From: an uncultured delta proteobacterium
GTDB taxonomy: Bacteria > Desulfobacterota > RBG-13-43-22
Reading direction: 5' to 3'
Assembly: GCA_963711835.1 (NCBI GenBank)
Contig: CAVQFQ010000004.1
Location: 384,001-448,000, forward strand
DNA length: 64,000 bases
The notes under the pieces were generated by a model that saw only the letters and a program-made list of their open reading frames with translations, did not search any database and was not told the DNA's origin. Each line of letters begins with the position of its first letter. The first letter of the stretch is position 1. Both the position numbers and the translations under genes were made by a program. Below are positions 29,254 to 39,167 of the stretch, piece after piece.

Positions 29254-30047
29254 AAGAAATAAATATAATTGTCTGTGCCAAACAGATACCGGATCCGGAA
29301 GTACCCTTCTCCAACGTCAGTGTAGATAGGGAGAAGAAAGAGGTCATCGTCGACGCTCCCAATGTCATAAGTCCCTATGATGAAAATGCCCTGGAAGCGG
29401 CCATCCGGATAAAGGAAGAGCTGGGGGGGAAGATAACGGTCTTGAGCCTGGGCCGGAAGGTCTCGGATACGGTCCTCCGAAAGACGATAGCCGCCGGGGC
29501 TGACGCCCTGATCCTTATTGAAGATTCGGGCTTCGAGCGGCTGAACAGCAATTCGGTGGCCTACGTGCTTTCCCGCGCCATCCGGAAGATTGGCGCCTAT
29601 GATCTTATCCTGACCGGGAGACAAGCGGGAGACTGGGACTCCGGTCAAGTGGGCCTGATCCTGGCTGAATGGCTGGGAATTCCAGCCATCAGCCTGGCCC
29701 GTTCGGTAAAAGTGGAAGGGGACCGGGTGCTGGTGGAGAAGACCATCCCAGAGGGCTATGAAGTGGTGGAGGCCGGGCTGCCGGCCTTGATAACGGTGAG
29801 CAATGAAGTGGGGGAACTGAGATATGTTTCCCGGAGCAAGATGATGGGGCTGCTCAAGCGGCCGACCCCGATACCCAAGTGGGGAGCCAAAGACCTGGTC
29901 GATGACCTCGAAAGGCTCAAAAAAATCCAACTGGTTGAGTTGTCGCCGCCGCCGGACATGCGCAGGGAGTGTTTGATCATAGAAGGGGCATCGCCTGAAG
30001 AAAAGGCGGACAAGCTGGCCGCTTTTTTCAAGGAAATCACAAAATAA
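29250..30047 (+). CDS. etfB: Electron transfer flavoprotein beta
   Basis: IVCAKQIPD, DENALEAA, GRQAGDWDSGQVG. Confidence 0.93.
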   Translation: MKEINIIVCAKQIPDPEVPFSNVSVDREKKEVIVDAPNVISPYDENALEAAIRIKEELGGKITVLSLGRKVSDTVLRKTIAAGADALILIEDSGFERLNSNSVAYVLSRAIRKIGAYDLILTGRQAGDWDSGQVGLILAEWLGIPAISLARSVKVEGDRVLVEKTIPEGYEVVEAGLPALITVSNEVGELRYVSRSKMMGLLKRPTPIPKWGAKDLVDDLERLKKIQLVELSPPPDMRRECLIIEGASPEEKADKLAAFFKEITK

Positions 30048-30063
30048 ATAGGGAGGTAACGAA

Positions 30064-31704
30064 ATGTCTGACCAACTGTACGACGCGGTAATTATCGGAG
30101 GAGGCCATCACGGAACGATCATGGCCCCTTACCTGGCCAAAGCCGGTTTGAAGGTGGGGGTCTTTGAGCGTTTGGACCATTTGGGCGGTGGAGCGGTGAC
30201 GGAAGACCTCCCCGCTCCCGGGTTTCGCGGGAATTTTTGCGCCCATTTTACCCGCTTCTATGGTCACCCCGCCTACAAGGAATTCAATCTTCGCGACGAA
30301 GGACTGGAATATACGTTTCCCGAGACCAATGAAGCCATTATCTTTGATGACGAGACCAGCTATATAGCCTATGCCGCTTTTACCGTAGTCGATCCCAAGA
30401 CGGGTGAAACCCGGTTCAATGAGGCGAACGTCAAAAAGACCTATGATCAGATCGCCCGCTTTTCCAAAAAGGATGCGGACACCTATCTGGATCTGACCGA
30501 AAAATATAAAGAGAAGTGGCGCGCCGCTTTTCATAAGCACCGCTATTCAGCTCCCACGCTCTGGGGAGTGCCGGACGCCCTGGAAGAGCTTTTCTCCGAT
30601 CCCAAGAGCGGGTTGGATCTGCCCATGCAGTTCATGAGCTGCAGGCAGATTGCCCGCTATTTCTTCGAAAGCGATGAACTGAGAATACTTACCTTGAGGG
30701 GCTTTCTAACCTCCTGGGGGTGTTTTCCGGATGATGTCCCCGGTATTGCCGTTACCATTGCCACGATTCACTTAACCTTAGGCTGGGAACCGGCCGCCAT
30801 CGCCAAAGGCGGAACCCAGGCCATCACCGATGCGCTGGTTTCGGTTGGAAAGAAACTGGGGGTAACCTACTCCCTTAATTCGGAGGTGCAAAAAGTACTC
30901 CTGGAAAACGGTCGGGCCAGCGGAATAAAGCTGATGGACGGCACGGAGGTTTCCGCCAGGCAATTGGTGGTGTCGGACAATGCCTCTCCTCAGCTCTTCC
31001 TGCGGCTGATCGGGGAAGACAGGATTACCGAGGATATGAAGCGCAAGGCCCGGGTCTACCAGTTCGATCGCGGCGAGCTGTTTTGGGGCACGGTAGGGGT
31101 TCATGAACTTCCGCAATATAAGGCGGCCAAATCCAACCCGGACATCAACGCCACGCCGCGCACCTATTTTGCTCCTAAAGATCTCGGGTTCATGGAAGAT
31201 AAATATATGCATGAAATCTTTCTTTTCGGCCTGCCTTCCAAAATGTTTATCCTGACCGCCCCCGACAGCATTTGGGATCGCAGCCGGGTGCCTGAAGGGA
31301 AGTATTCTTTGCATGTCGAAGAGTTTACCTGTCCGGCCCGGTTGTTTTCCCGGCGGGAATGGAAACAGATGACCGAGCAGTTTGTGGACGTGCTTTTCGA
31401 GGTCTGGTCTGAGTATGCCCCCAATATGACCAAAGATAACCTGATTACCCATCGCATTACCAATCCGGTTGATATCCAGGATACGCACCTGGACATGCGG
31501 GAAGGGGGTTGGTGTGAAGGAAACGTCACCGGAGTTCAGAATGGACGTTTCAGGGGCATGCCCGGCGGTTATCGGACCTTTATCAAAAACCTTTATATGT
31601 GCTCATCCGGTGTATACGGCGGTCCGGGCATAGGACGCGGCTCAAGTTATAATTGTTATAAGGTCATAGCCGAAGACCTCAAACTGCCCTTACCAAAATA
31701 TTAA
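30064..31704 (+). CDS. COG1233 phytoene-dehydrogenase-like FAD oxidoreductase
   Basis: YDAVIIGGGHHG..YLAKAGLKVGVFER..GGGA; KGGTQAITDAL; C-terminal NLYMCSSGVYGGPGI. Confidence 0.85.
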   Translation: MSDQLYDAVIIGGGHHGTIMAPYLAKAGLKVGVFERLDHLGGGAVTEDLPAPGFRGNFCAHFTRFYGHPAYKEFNLRDEGLEYTFPETNEAIIFDDETSYIAYAAFTVVDPKTGETRFNEANVKKTYDQIARFSKKDADTYLDLTEKYKEKWRAAFHKHRYSAPTLWGVPDALEELFSDPKSGLDLPMQFMSCRQIARYFFESDELRILTLRGFLTSWGCFPDDVPGIAVTIATIHLTLGWEPAAIAKGGTQAITDALVSVGKKLGVTYSLNSEVQKVLLENGRASGIKLMDGTEVSARQLVVSDNASPQLFLRLIGEDRITEDMKRKARVYQFDRGELFWGTVGVHELPQYKAAKSNPDINATPRTYFAPKDLGFMEDKYMHEIFLFGLPSKMFILTAPDSIWDRSRVPEGKYSLHVEEFTCPARLFSRREWKQMTEQFVDVLFEVWSEYAPNMTKDNLITHRITNPVDIQDTHLDMREGGWCEGNVTGVQNGRFRGMPGGYRTFIKNLYMCSSGVYGGPGIGRGSSYNCYKVIAEDLKLPLPKY

Positions 31705-31739
31705 CGGCCTGGGAGGAAGCTGGAGATTGGGGGGATACC

Positions 31740-34436
31740 ATGCAGGCGATACATTTCCTAATTAACGGGGTCCCGCGGAAGGTGATCGCCGATCCCCAGC
31801 GAAAGCTCTTGGAGGTCATCCGGAAGGACCTGAGGTTAACAGGAACCAAAGAGGGTTGCTCGGCGGGACACTGCGGTACGTGTACGGTCCTCCTGGACGG
31901 AAAGCCCGTTCTGGCTTGCCGGATTCCGGTATCAAAGGTACGAGGGCGGTCGGTTACCACCATCGAAGGCTTAGGCACCGCCGACCAACCCCACCCTCTG
32001 CAATTGGCCTTTGCCAAGGCCGGGGCTATTCAATGCGGTTTCTGCACGCCGGGCCTGATCGTTCGCTCAAAGGCCCTGCTCGATAAAAATCCGAGGCCCG
32101 GCCGGGAAGAAATAGGTACCTTTCTCCAACCCCATCTTTGCCGTTGCACTGGCTATCAGAAGGTCTTCGAAGCCATCGAACTGGCGGCCGCAGTCCTGAG
32201 GGGGGAAACCGGCCCGATTTCCCTCAAGACGGAAGGCGGTCTCATCGGCCAGCCGGTGGCCAGGATGGATGCCCTGCAAAAAGCCACCGGCACGGCCCTC
32301 TATGCCGATGATATCGCTGTTGATGGCTGCTGCTTCCTGAAGGTCCTGAGGAGTCCTCATCCACACGCCCGAATTCTCAAAATAGACAAGGCGGAGGCCG
32401 AACAGGCCCCCGGAGTGGTGGCGGTCTTCACGGCTGAGGATGTGGACGGAACCAATATCCTGAAGATGGCGGCGGACGACCAGCCGCTGCTTTGCCGGGA
32501 CAAGGTCCGGTTTATCGGCGACCCCTTAGCCGCCGTGGTGGCGGCATCCGAGGGGGAGGCCTTGCGGGCCCTCGAGTTGATCGAGGTGTCCTACGAGCCG
32601 CTCGAACCGGTGCTGACCCCCTGGGAGGCGCTCCGGGAGGGGGCCCCGAAGGTGCACGACGATCGGGATAACCTGTTCTTCCAACAACCGATTATCTTCG
32701 GGGGCGGCGGGCAGGGTTTCCCGGAGACCGATTTTACAGTAGAGGCCCGCTATACCACCCAGACGGTTGATCATGCCTACCTGGAGCCGGATTCGGGGAT
32801 CGCTTTCATCCATGAAAACGGACAACTGGTAATCCTATCGGGAAGCCAAAATATCCATGCTCACCGAAAAACAATCGCCGGAGCGATCGGGCTCCCCATC
32901 GAACAGGTGCGGGTGATCCAACCGCCCATGGGAGGCGCCTTCGGTGGGCACCTTGATGTCTCCGTCGGCGGTCTGCTCGGCCTGGCCGCCTGGAAACTGA
33001 AGAGGCCGGTGAAACTGGTTTTCACCAGGGCCGAGACCTTTCAGGCTACGACCAAACGGCATCCCTTTTATCTGAACCTGAAAATCGGAGCCAATAAGGA
33101 CGGCACCTTTACCGGCCTCCAGGGTGAGGTGTTGGCCGATGGCGGGGCTTACCAGTCTTTTTCCAAAAGCGTCACCACCCGGGGCCTAGCCCACGCCAGC
33201 GGTCCCTATCGATTTCGTTGGGCGAATCTTCTGGGCCGAGCGGTTTACACGAACACCGCCATCCGGGGAGCCATGCGGGGATTCGGCGTACCCCAAACAA
33301 TTTTCGCCCTCGAATCGGCGGTGGATGAACTGGCCCTCCAAATGGGGATCGATCCGCTTGAACTGCGCCTTAAAAATGCCTTTGTCCCGGGGGATGTAAC
33401 CATCTGCGGGCAGACCCTGGCCGACGCCTTTGGGTTCCGGGAATGCCTGGAAACCCTGCAACCCCACTACCGGCGGGCCTTGGCGGAGGCGAAAAGCAAC
33501 GGAAACGCCGAGGTGAAACGCGGTGTCGGTCTTGCGGGCATTTGGTTCGGTCCCGGCCGCAGCGCCCCCGATCAATCCGAAGCCTGGGCCGAGCTGTTAC
33601 CGGATGACCGGCTTCAGGTTTGGATCGGTGCAGCCGATATGGGCCAGGGGGCGGAAACGCTATTCTGGCAGGTGGCCGCCGAGACCATGGGTTTCCCCCT
33701 CGAACGAGTCCAGGTGTGCACGACCGATACCCGCTTCACGCCTGACGGCAACTTTTCCGCGGGCAGCCGACAGACCTATGTATCGGGTCGGGCGGTCCAG
33801 ATGGCGGTCGAGGAACTGAAAAAAAACATGGAGGATAATGGGACCGCCGGTTATGAACAAATGAAGGCCAAGGGTTTGCCCACTCTCTTTAAAGCAGTCA
33901 ACCGGCCGGAAACCACGAAACTGGACCCCGAAGACGGCCGGGGAGTCCCCTGGGAGACCTACTCCTTCGGAGTCCAGATGGCGGAAGTGGCGGTGGAGGT
34001 GGAGACCGGCCGAGTAAAGGTGTTGAAGGTGACTTCGGTGAATGATCTGGGCACGGTAATCAACCGACAGATTGTGGAGGGGCAGATCGAGGGGGCCATC
34101 CTGATGGGACTGGGTTATGCCTTGACGGAGGAATTTGTTGACAACGTCACCGATAGTTTTGCCAAATTCCGGATACCGCGGGCCAAAGACACCCCCCTTA
34201 TGGAGGTGATCACCCTGAACATCCCGAGGAAGAAAGGTCCTTTCGGAGCTTCGGGCACGGCCGAATATGCCGATGCGCCCACGGCCCCGGCGATTATGAA
34301 CGCCGTCGCCAACGCCTGCGGGGCCCGAATCCGGGATCTGCCGGCAACTCCCGACAAGGTCAAGGCGGCCCTGAAGGGATCGAGGCTTTGGAGACCCGGT
34401 ATTATCCCATTAAGCGCTGAGAGGCCACGTTGTTAA
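31740..34436 (+). CDS. Molybdopterin aldehyde oxidoreductase (MOP-like; 2x[2Fe-2S] plus Moco domain)
   Basis: GTKEGCSAGHCGTC, QCGFCTPG, CRCTGY, GGAFGG, AMRGFG, EGQIEG. Confidence 0.9.
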   Translation: MQAIHFLINGVPRKVIADPQRKLLEVIRKDLRLTGTKEGCSAGHCGTCTVLLDGKPVLACRIPVSKVRGRSVTTIEGLGTADQPHPLQLAFAKAGAIQCGFCTPGLIVRSKALLDKNPRPGREEIGTFLQPHLCRCTGYQKVFEAIELAAAVLRGETGPISLKTEGGLIGQPVARMDALQKATGTALYADDIAVDGCCFLKVLRSPHPHARILKIDKAEAEQAPGVVAVFTAEDVDGTNILKMAADDQPLLCRDKVRFIGDPLAAVVAASEGEALRALELIEVSYEPLEPVLTPWEALREGAPKVHDDRDNLFFQQPIIFGGGGQGFPETDFTVEARYTTQTVDHAYLEPDSGIAFIHENGQLVILSGSQNIHAHRKTIAGAIGLPIEQVRVIQPPMGGAFGGHLDVSVGGLLGLAAWKLKRPVKLVFTRAETFQATTKRHPFYLNLKIGANKDGTFTGLQGEVLADGGAYQSFSKSVTTRGLAHASGPYRFRWANLLGRAVYTNTAIRGAMRGFGVPQTIFALESAVDELALQMGIDPLELRLKNAFVPGDVTICGQTLADAFGFRECLETLQPHYRRALAEAKSNGNAEVKRGVGLAGIWFGPGRSAPDQSEAWAELLPDDRLQVWIGAADMGQGAETLFWQVAAETMGFPLERVQVCTTDTRFTPDGNFSAGSRQTYVSGRAVQMAVEELKKNMEDNGTAGYEQMKAKGLPTLFKAVNRPETTKLDPEDGRGVPWETYSFGVQMAEVAVEVETGRVKVLKVTSVNDLGTVINRQIVEGQIEGAILMGLGYALTEEFVDNVTDSFAKFRIPRAKDTPLMEVITLNIPRKKGPFGASGTAEYADAPTAPAIMNAVANACGARIRDLPATPDKVKAALKGSRLWRPGIIPLSAERPRC

Positions 34437-35359
34437 TTAAACCTGATTGTCTTTCCTGCATTGTAAACATGGTCGTCATATCGATGAGAAAAATTTCTAC
34501 CCCGGATGACTTCCTTAAAAAATTGCTGCCCCCCATTTTAGAAATCTCCTCCCTTCGGGGTTTGAACTGGAATTTGACCAGTGCCGAGGTAGTGGAAGAG
34601 GTTATGAAAAAGATCACGGAAGCCGTCAATAACCCTGATCCCTTTTCTGATCTTAAATTTCAGCAAAACAACCAAGGCTTATCGCTTTACCCAAGATTAA
34701 AAAAAATGGTGGAAGAGGCCGCCGACCCTCTTCAGGCGGCTGTTCGGCTGGCTATCATCGGCAATTCGATAGACCTAATGGTGTTGGGTCAATGGTCGGA
34801 TTTTGAAAAATCTCCTTTCAGCGACGCAATGAGCCCAATTCCCAAGGAAGACTTTGTTCCTTTTCAGAAAAAAATAATCCAGACCCATCGGATAGTCTAT
34901 CTGGGAGACAATGCCGGTGAAATCATATTTGACCGGGTGCTCATAGAAACCCTCCAGGAGATGTATCAACCTGAAATTCTATTCGTAGCCCGGAGTGTCC
35001 CCACCTTAAATGATGTCACCTTGAAAGAGGTCCGCCAGGTGGGGCTGGATAAGATCGTTGAGGTTATTGAAAATGGTCTTGAGGGCCCAGTCCCCGGGAC
35101 GATATTATCCCGGTGTTCACCTGAATTGAGAAAAAGGATGGAGGAATCGGACTTAATCATCTCTAAGGGTGGAGGGAATTTTGATACCTTGGATGAAGAT
35201 AGACCTCTTCAAAAAGACATTGCTTTCATGTTAATGTCCAAATGTCTTCCCTATTGCCATCTCTTCCACAGTCAACTGAATCACCCCATACTGGCCAATT
35301 ATTTTTACACCAAGAAATTTTCCGATGCAACTGAGGATCAAAATATTAGACCTGCCTGA
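34430..35359 (+). CDS. DUF89/ARMT1-like metal-dependent phosphatase
   Basis: DCLSC, AIIGNSID, GDNAGEIIFD, LNDVT, ISKGGGNFDTL. Confidence 0.85.
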   Translation: MLIKPDCLSCIVNMVVISMRKISTPDDFLKKLLPPILEISSLRGLNWNLTSAEVVEEVMKKITEAVNNPDPFSDLKFQQNNQGLSLYPRLKKMVEEAADPLQAAVRLAIIGNSIDLMVLGQWSDFEKSPFSDAMSPIPKEDFVPFQKKIIQTHRIVYLGDNAGEIIFDRVLIETLQEMYQPEILFVARSVPTLNDVTLKEVRQVGLDKIVEVIENGLEGPVPGTILSRCSPELRKRMEESDLIISKGGGNFDTLDEDRPLQKDIAFMLMSKCLPYCHLFHSQLNHPILANYFYTKKFSDATEDQNIRPA

Positions 35360-35668
35360 GCTCGTTGAAATTTTCGGTCAGGGGTTTTTCCTTTTTTCCG
35401 GAAAACCCGTTTCAGAGGGGCAGGGTTATTTCTTTCTCAAAATAACTTGATTTTTTGGCCGGACATAACCATTATTTAAAAGAGAGCAGGCTTTCGAACA
35501 AGGTTTATAAAACTTTTGACCTCATTGCCAGGGAAGTCCGTCTGAGGCGGACCGCCGCTGGGGGGAGAAAGAACTGATTCCGGAGTCCTGCTTCAACGGG
35601 GCTGACAGTCGAGTCGGCAACCGGTGTTGCCAAGACAAACCAAAATGGATTGAGGGAGTGCAAAAAAC

Positions 35669-37126
35669 ATGAAGATAAAAACCGCCCAGGATTACCTGCA
35701 GAGTTTAAGAAAGCTCAATCACGTTGTCTATTATAAAGGTAAAAGGATTAAAGATGTAACCAGACATCCGGCCACCGCCCCTCATGTCCGGGCGGCGGCC
35801 ATGACCTATGCCTTGGTCAATGATCCCAAAACCAAAGACCTGGCCACGGCCACCTCCCACCTGACCGGGAAGACCATCAGCCGCTTTACTCATGTCCATC
35901 AAAATGTTGAAGATCTGATCAAAAAAGTAAAGCTGCTTCGGGTCCTGGGCCAGAAGACCGGCACCTGCTTTCAGCGCTGCGTCGGGTTGGACGGGATTAA
36001 TGCCGTTTATTCCGTGGCCTATGAGATTGATCAAAAATACAAGACCGACTATTTGGAGCGATTTAAAAAGTGGCTGACCTATATCCAGGAAGAAAATCTG
36101 ATGGTGGTCGGGGCCATGACCGATCCCAAGGGCGACCGCTCCAAAGGACCGGCCGAGCAATCCGATCCGGATCAGTATCTTCATGTGGTGGAACGACGGG
36201 AAGACGGGCTAGTCATCAAGGGGGCGAAATTGCACATGACCGGGGGGATTAACTCCCACGAGATCCTGGTCATGCCCACGACGGCCATGGATGCCAATTC
36301 CAAGGATTATGCCGTGATCTGTGCCGTACCGGCCAATGCCCCGGGGGTGACCATGATCTTCGGGCGCCAGGCCAGCGATGACCGCCGGGATAAGAAGGAA
36401 CGGATCGATTCCGGGAAGCCCACGTTCGGAGCCGTGGGCGGCGAAGCCGTCATCGCTTTCGAGAATGTTTTTGTGCCCTGGGATCGGGTCTTTATGAACG
36501 GAGAAACCGAATTCACCGGCGTCTTAGTTTATCGCTTTGCCGCCCATCACCGCGCCAATTACGGGGCCTGCAAGACCGGGCTGATTGATGTCCTGACCGG
36601 GGCGGTGGCTTATTTGACTCAGATTCAGGGAACGGGAAAGGCTTCCCATGTACGGGATAAGATCACCGAAATGATCCATCTTTCAGAAACCCTTTACAGT
36701 TCCTCCATCGCCTGCTCGGCCGAAGGCCTACCCACCCCCTCCGGGGCATACCTGGTGGATACCATGCTGGCCAATGTCTGCAAGCAGAATGTGACCCGCT
36801 TTCATTTCGAAGTAGCCCGCCTGGCTACGGATTTAGCCGGCGGCTTTTTAGCCACCCTGCCCAGTGAGTATGATCTGAAAAGTGAGGAGGTGGGGCACCT
36901 GGTGAGAAAATATTTCTCCGGGGTGGCGGATATCCCCACCGAGGACCGGATCAAGATCGGACGCCTGATCGAGGCCATGACCGGCGGCACCGCCCTGGTG
37001 GAATCCATGCACGGGGCCGGCTCCCCCCAGGCCCAGCGGGTGATGATCCTGCGGGAAGGGGATCTGGATAAAAAGGTGAAACTGGCCAAGGCCCTGGCCG
37101 GCATCCCGCCCAGCAGGTCAAAATAG
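35669..37126 (+). CDS. abfD: 4-hydroxybutyryl-CoA dehydratase
   Basis: TCFQRCVG, AMTDPKGDRS, HHRANYGACK (His/Cys ligands), ESMHGAGSPQAQR. Confidence 0.85.
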   Translation: MKIKTAQDYLQSLRKLNHVVYYKGKRIKDVTRHPATAPHVRAAAMTYALVNDPKTKDLATATSHLTGKTISRFTHVHQNVEDLIKKVKLLRVLGQKTGTCFQRCVGLDGINAVYSVAYEIDQKYKTDYLERFKKWLTYIQEENLMVVGAMTDPKGDRSKGPAEQSDPDQYLHVVERREDGLVIKGAKLHMTGGINSHEILVMPTTAMDANSKDYAVICAVPANAPGVTMIFGRQASDDRRDKKERIDSGKPTFGAVGGEAVIAFENVFVPWDRVFMNGETEFTGVLVYRFAAHHRANYGACKTGLIDVLTGAVAYLTQIQGTGKASHVRDKITEMIHLSETLYSSSIACSAEGLPTPSGAYLVDTMLANVCKQNVTRFHFEVARLATDLAGGFLATLPSEYDLKSEEVGHLVRKYFSGVADIPTEDRIKIGRLIEAMTGGTALVESMHGAGSPQAQRVMILREGDLDKKVKLAKALAGIPPSRSK

Positions 37127-37175
37127 ACACCGGGGATTACTTTCTTATACCGAAGAAAGTCGGAAGAGAAAAGGC

Positions 37176-37928
37176 ATGATGTCCAATGAAATTTGGGTCC
37201 TGGCCGGGACGGCCGCCTCGCTGGGTTTTGTCCATACCCTGATCGGCCCGGACCACTACGTCCCCTTTATTGCCATGAGCCGGGCCCGCCGCTGGTCTCA
37301 TTCCAAAACAGTCATTATCTCATTTTTGTGCGGCCTTGGGCATGTATTCAGCTCGGTCATTTTGGGATTTATCGGGATTGCCCTCGGCCTGGCTGTCTCC
37401 CGGCTGGAGCAGTTCGAGTCGGCCCGGGGAGGAGTGGCGGCCTGGCTGCTGATCGGCTTCGGCTTGGCCTACTTTATCTGGGGTCTGCTTCGGGCCGTTA
37501 AAAACAGGAAGCACCACCATGCCCACCTCCATCCTGACGGGGAAGCGCACGAACACCCCCACGGCCATCAGGATGAACATGTCCACGTCCATGACCACCA
37601 AAAGGCTTCAGATCATAACCCGGGTCTCCGGCCCGAACCAAAAGCCAACATCACTCCCTGGATCTTATTCACGATCTTTGTCTTCGGCCCCTGCGAGGTA
37701 CTGATTCCCCTGGTCATGTATCCGGCGGCCAAGCACAACTTCTTGGGAGTGGTCGTAGTTACGGTCGCCTTCGGCCTGACCACGATCCTGACCATGCTGG
37801 CCGTCATTTCGGCCTCTTCCTGGGGAATGCGCTTCATCCGCCTGGGAAGGCTGGAATCTTATTCCCATGCCCTGGCCGGGGCGGTCATTCTCATCTGCGG
37901 ATTGAGCGTTCAATTCCTGGGGCTTTAA
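37176..37928 (+). CDS. His-rich Ni/Co transporter-like membrane protein
   Basis: GFVHTLIGPDHY, CGLGHV, His-rich loop, FVFGPCE. Confidence 0.75.
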   Translation: MMSNEIWVLAGTAASLGFVHTLIGPDHYVPFIAMSRARRWSHSKTVIISFLCGLGHVFSSVILGFIGIALGLAVSRLEQFESARGGVAAWLLIGFGLAYFIWGLLRAVKNRKHHHAHLHPDGEAHEHPHGHQDEHVHVHDHQKASDHNPGLRPEPKANITPWILFTIFVFGPCEVLIPLVMYPAAKHNFLGVVVVTVAFGLTTILTMLAVISASSWGMRFIRLGRLESYSHALAGAVILICGLSVQFLGL

Positions 37929-38166
37929 GCTCCTCCCGAAAAAGCCGACCCGCGGGGAGAGGCCAAAAGCAACGCCTCCCTTCCATCGGGAAAGGGGCTT
38001 TTGCTCATCCTGATGATCCGAATAGTTTTCTCCGGGGCAGCGCCTCCCAAAAAACAATACCCGTCCGGGCTATTGCATAATCCACAAGCAATACCTATTT
38101 TTTATTTACATAACGGGAGGACGGGATAAAGGAAAATCTCCCCATAAAGCTCAGAAGGAGGAAAAC

Positions 38167-38970
38167 ATGAACAACCCATTGAAAATTATCACGTTTTTTA
38201 CCTTGCTGGTCGGCCTGACAGGATGGGTCGGCGCGGAGACTAATATCCAGGGAAAGACTGTGGAGTACGTGGCGCAGGGAGTCAAAATGCAGGGTTACCT
38301 GGCCTATGATGAGAGTCTCCAAAGTCGGCGTCCGGGGGTTGTGGTGGTTCATGAATGGTGGGGACTAAACGACTATGCCCGGAAGCGGGCCCATATGCTG
38401 GCCGAGCTTGGATATACAGCTCTGGCCCTGGATATGTACGGGGAAGGCAAAACAGCCCTGCACCCGGAAGAAGCCGGGAAATTCTCATCGGAGCTTATGA
38501 AAAATTTCGACGCGGCCAAGGCGCGTTTTTTGGCGGGGCTGGATTTCCTGAAACAGCAGCCGAGCGTAGATCCCAACCGGGTGGCAGCCATAGGGTATTG
38601 TTTCGGAGGGGGCGTGGTGCTCAATATGGCCCGGCAAGGGGTGGATATCAAGGGGGGTGCCAGTTTTCATGGAAATCTGACCGCAATCAAACCGGCCCTA
38701 CCCGGTTCCGTCAAGGCCAGAATCCTGGTCCTCCACGGAGAAGAGGACAAGTTCATCACACCCGGACAAATCCAAGGATTTAAGGATGAGATGAAGGCTG
38801 CCGGTGCCGATTTCCAATTCATCTCCTACCCGGGAGCGGTTCACAGCTTCACCAATCCCGAGGCCGACGAATTAGGCAAGAAGTATAAAATCCCGATCGG
38901 ATATAACGCCGCGGCTGACAAAAAATCCTGGGAGGCCTTGAAGGAATTTTTGAAAAAGATTTTTGAATAA
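38167..38970 (+). CDS. Dienelactone hydrolase family protein, secreted
   Basis: Signal peptide; HEWWGLN, GYCFGG, AVHSFTNP. Confidence 0.9.
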   Translation: MNNPLKIITFFTLLVGLTGWVGAETNIQGKTVEYVAQGVKMQGYLAYDESLQSRRPGVVVVHEWWGLNDYARKRAHMLAELGYTALALDMYGEGKTALHPEEAGKFSSELMKNFDAAKARFLAGLDFLKQQPSVDPNRVAAIGYCFGGGVVLNMARQGVDIKGGASFHGNLTAIKPALPGSVKARILVLHGEEDKFITPGQIQGFKDEMKAAGADFQFISYPGAVHSFTNPEADELGKKYKIPIGYNAAADKKSWEALKEFLKKIFE

Positions 38971-38975
38971 TGAGT

Positions 38976-39007
38976 TCTCATCCGGAAAAGATCCTTTCCG
39001 GATGAGA
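38976..39007. terminator. Hairpin after the dienelactone hydrolase gene
   Basis: TCTCATCCGGAAA-loop-TTTCCGGATGAGA. Confidence 0.55.
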
Positions 39008-39082
39008 GCCTTCAGCCGTCAGATTCAGCTTTCATTTTAAAGCACACTTTAGTGGAGTATCCTGGTATTACCTTTACGAGGC

Positions 39083-39111
39083 TGTCATTCCGGGCTTGAC
39101 CCGGAATTCAG
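39083..39111. repeat. REP/RPE-like palindrome
   Basis: GTCATTCCGGG-CTTGA-CCCGGAATTCAG; a related GACCTGATCCGGGGGAATCCAG lies at ~4350. Confidence 0.6.
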
Positions 39112-39167
39112 TATGTTATTGTTAGATTTCCGCTTTCCTCAACTTCTTTATTTGAAAGGAAGCCCCT

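Noticed and set aside
28264-30047. etfA-before-etfB order as a novelty
   Set aside because: Less common than etfBA but not indicative of new function by itself.
35480-35640. Cobalamin, SAM, lysine or NiCo riboswitch
   Set aside because: The conserved cores of these classes could not be matched by eye.
35669-37126. 4-hydroxyphenylacetate 3-monooxygenase
   Set aside because: Fe-S ligands (CFQRC plus His/Cys in HHRANYGAC) indicate the AbfD dehydratase branch.
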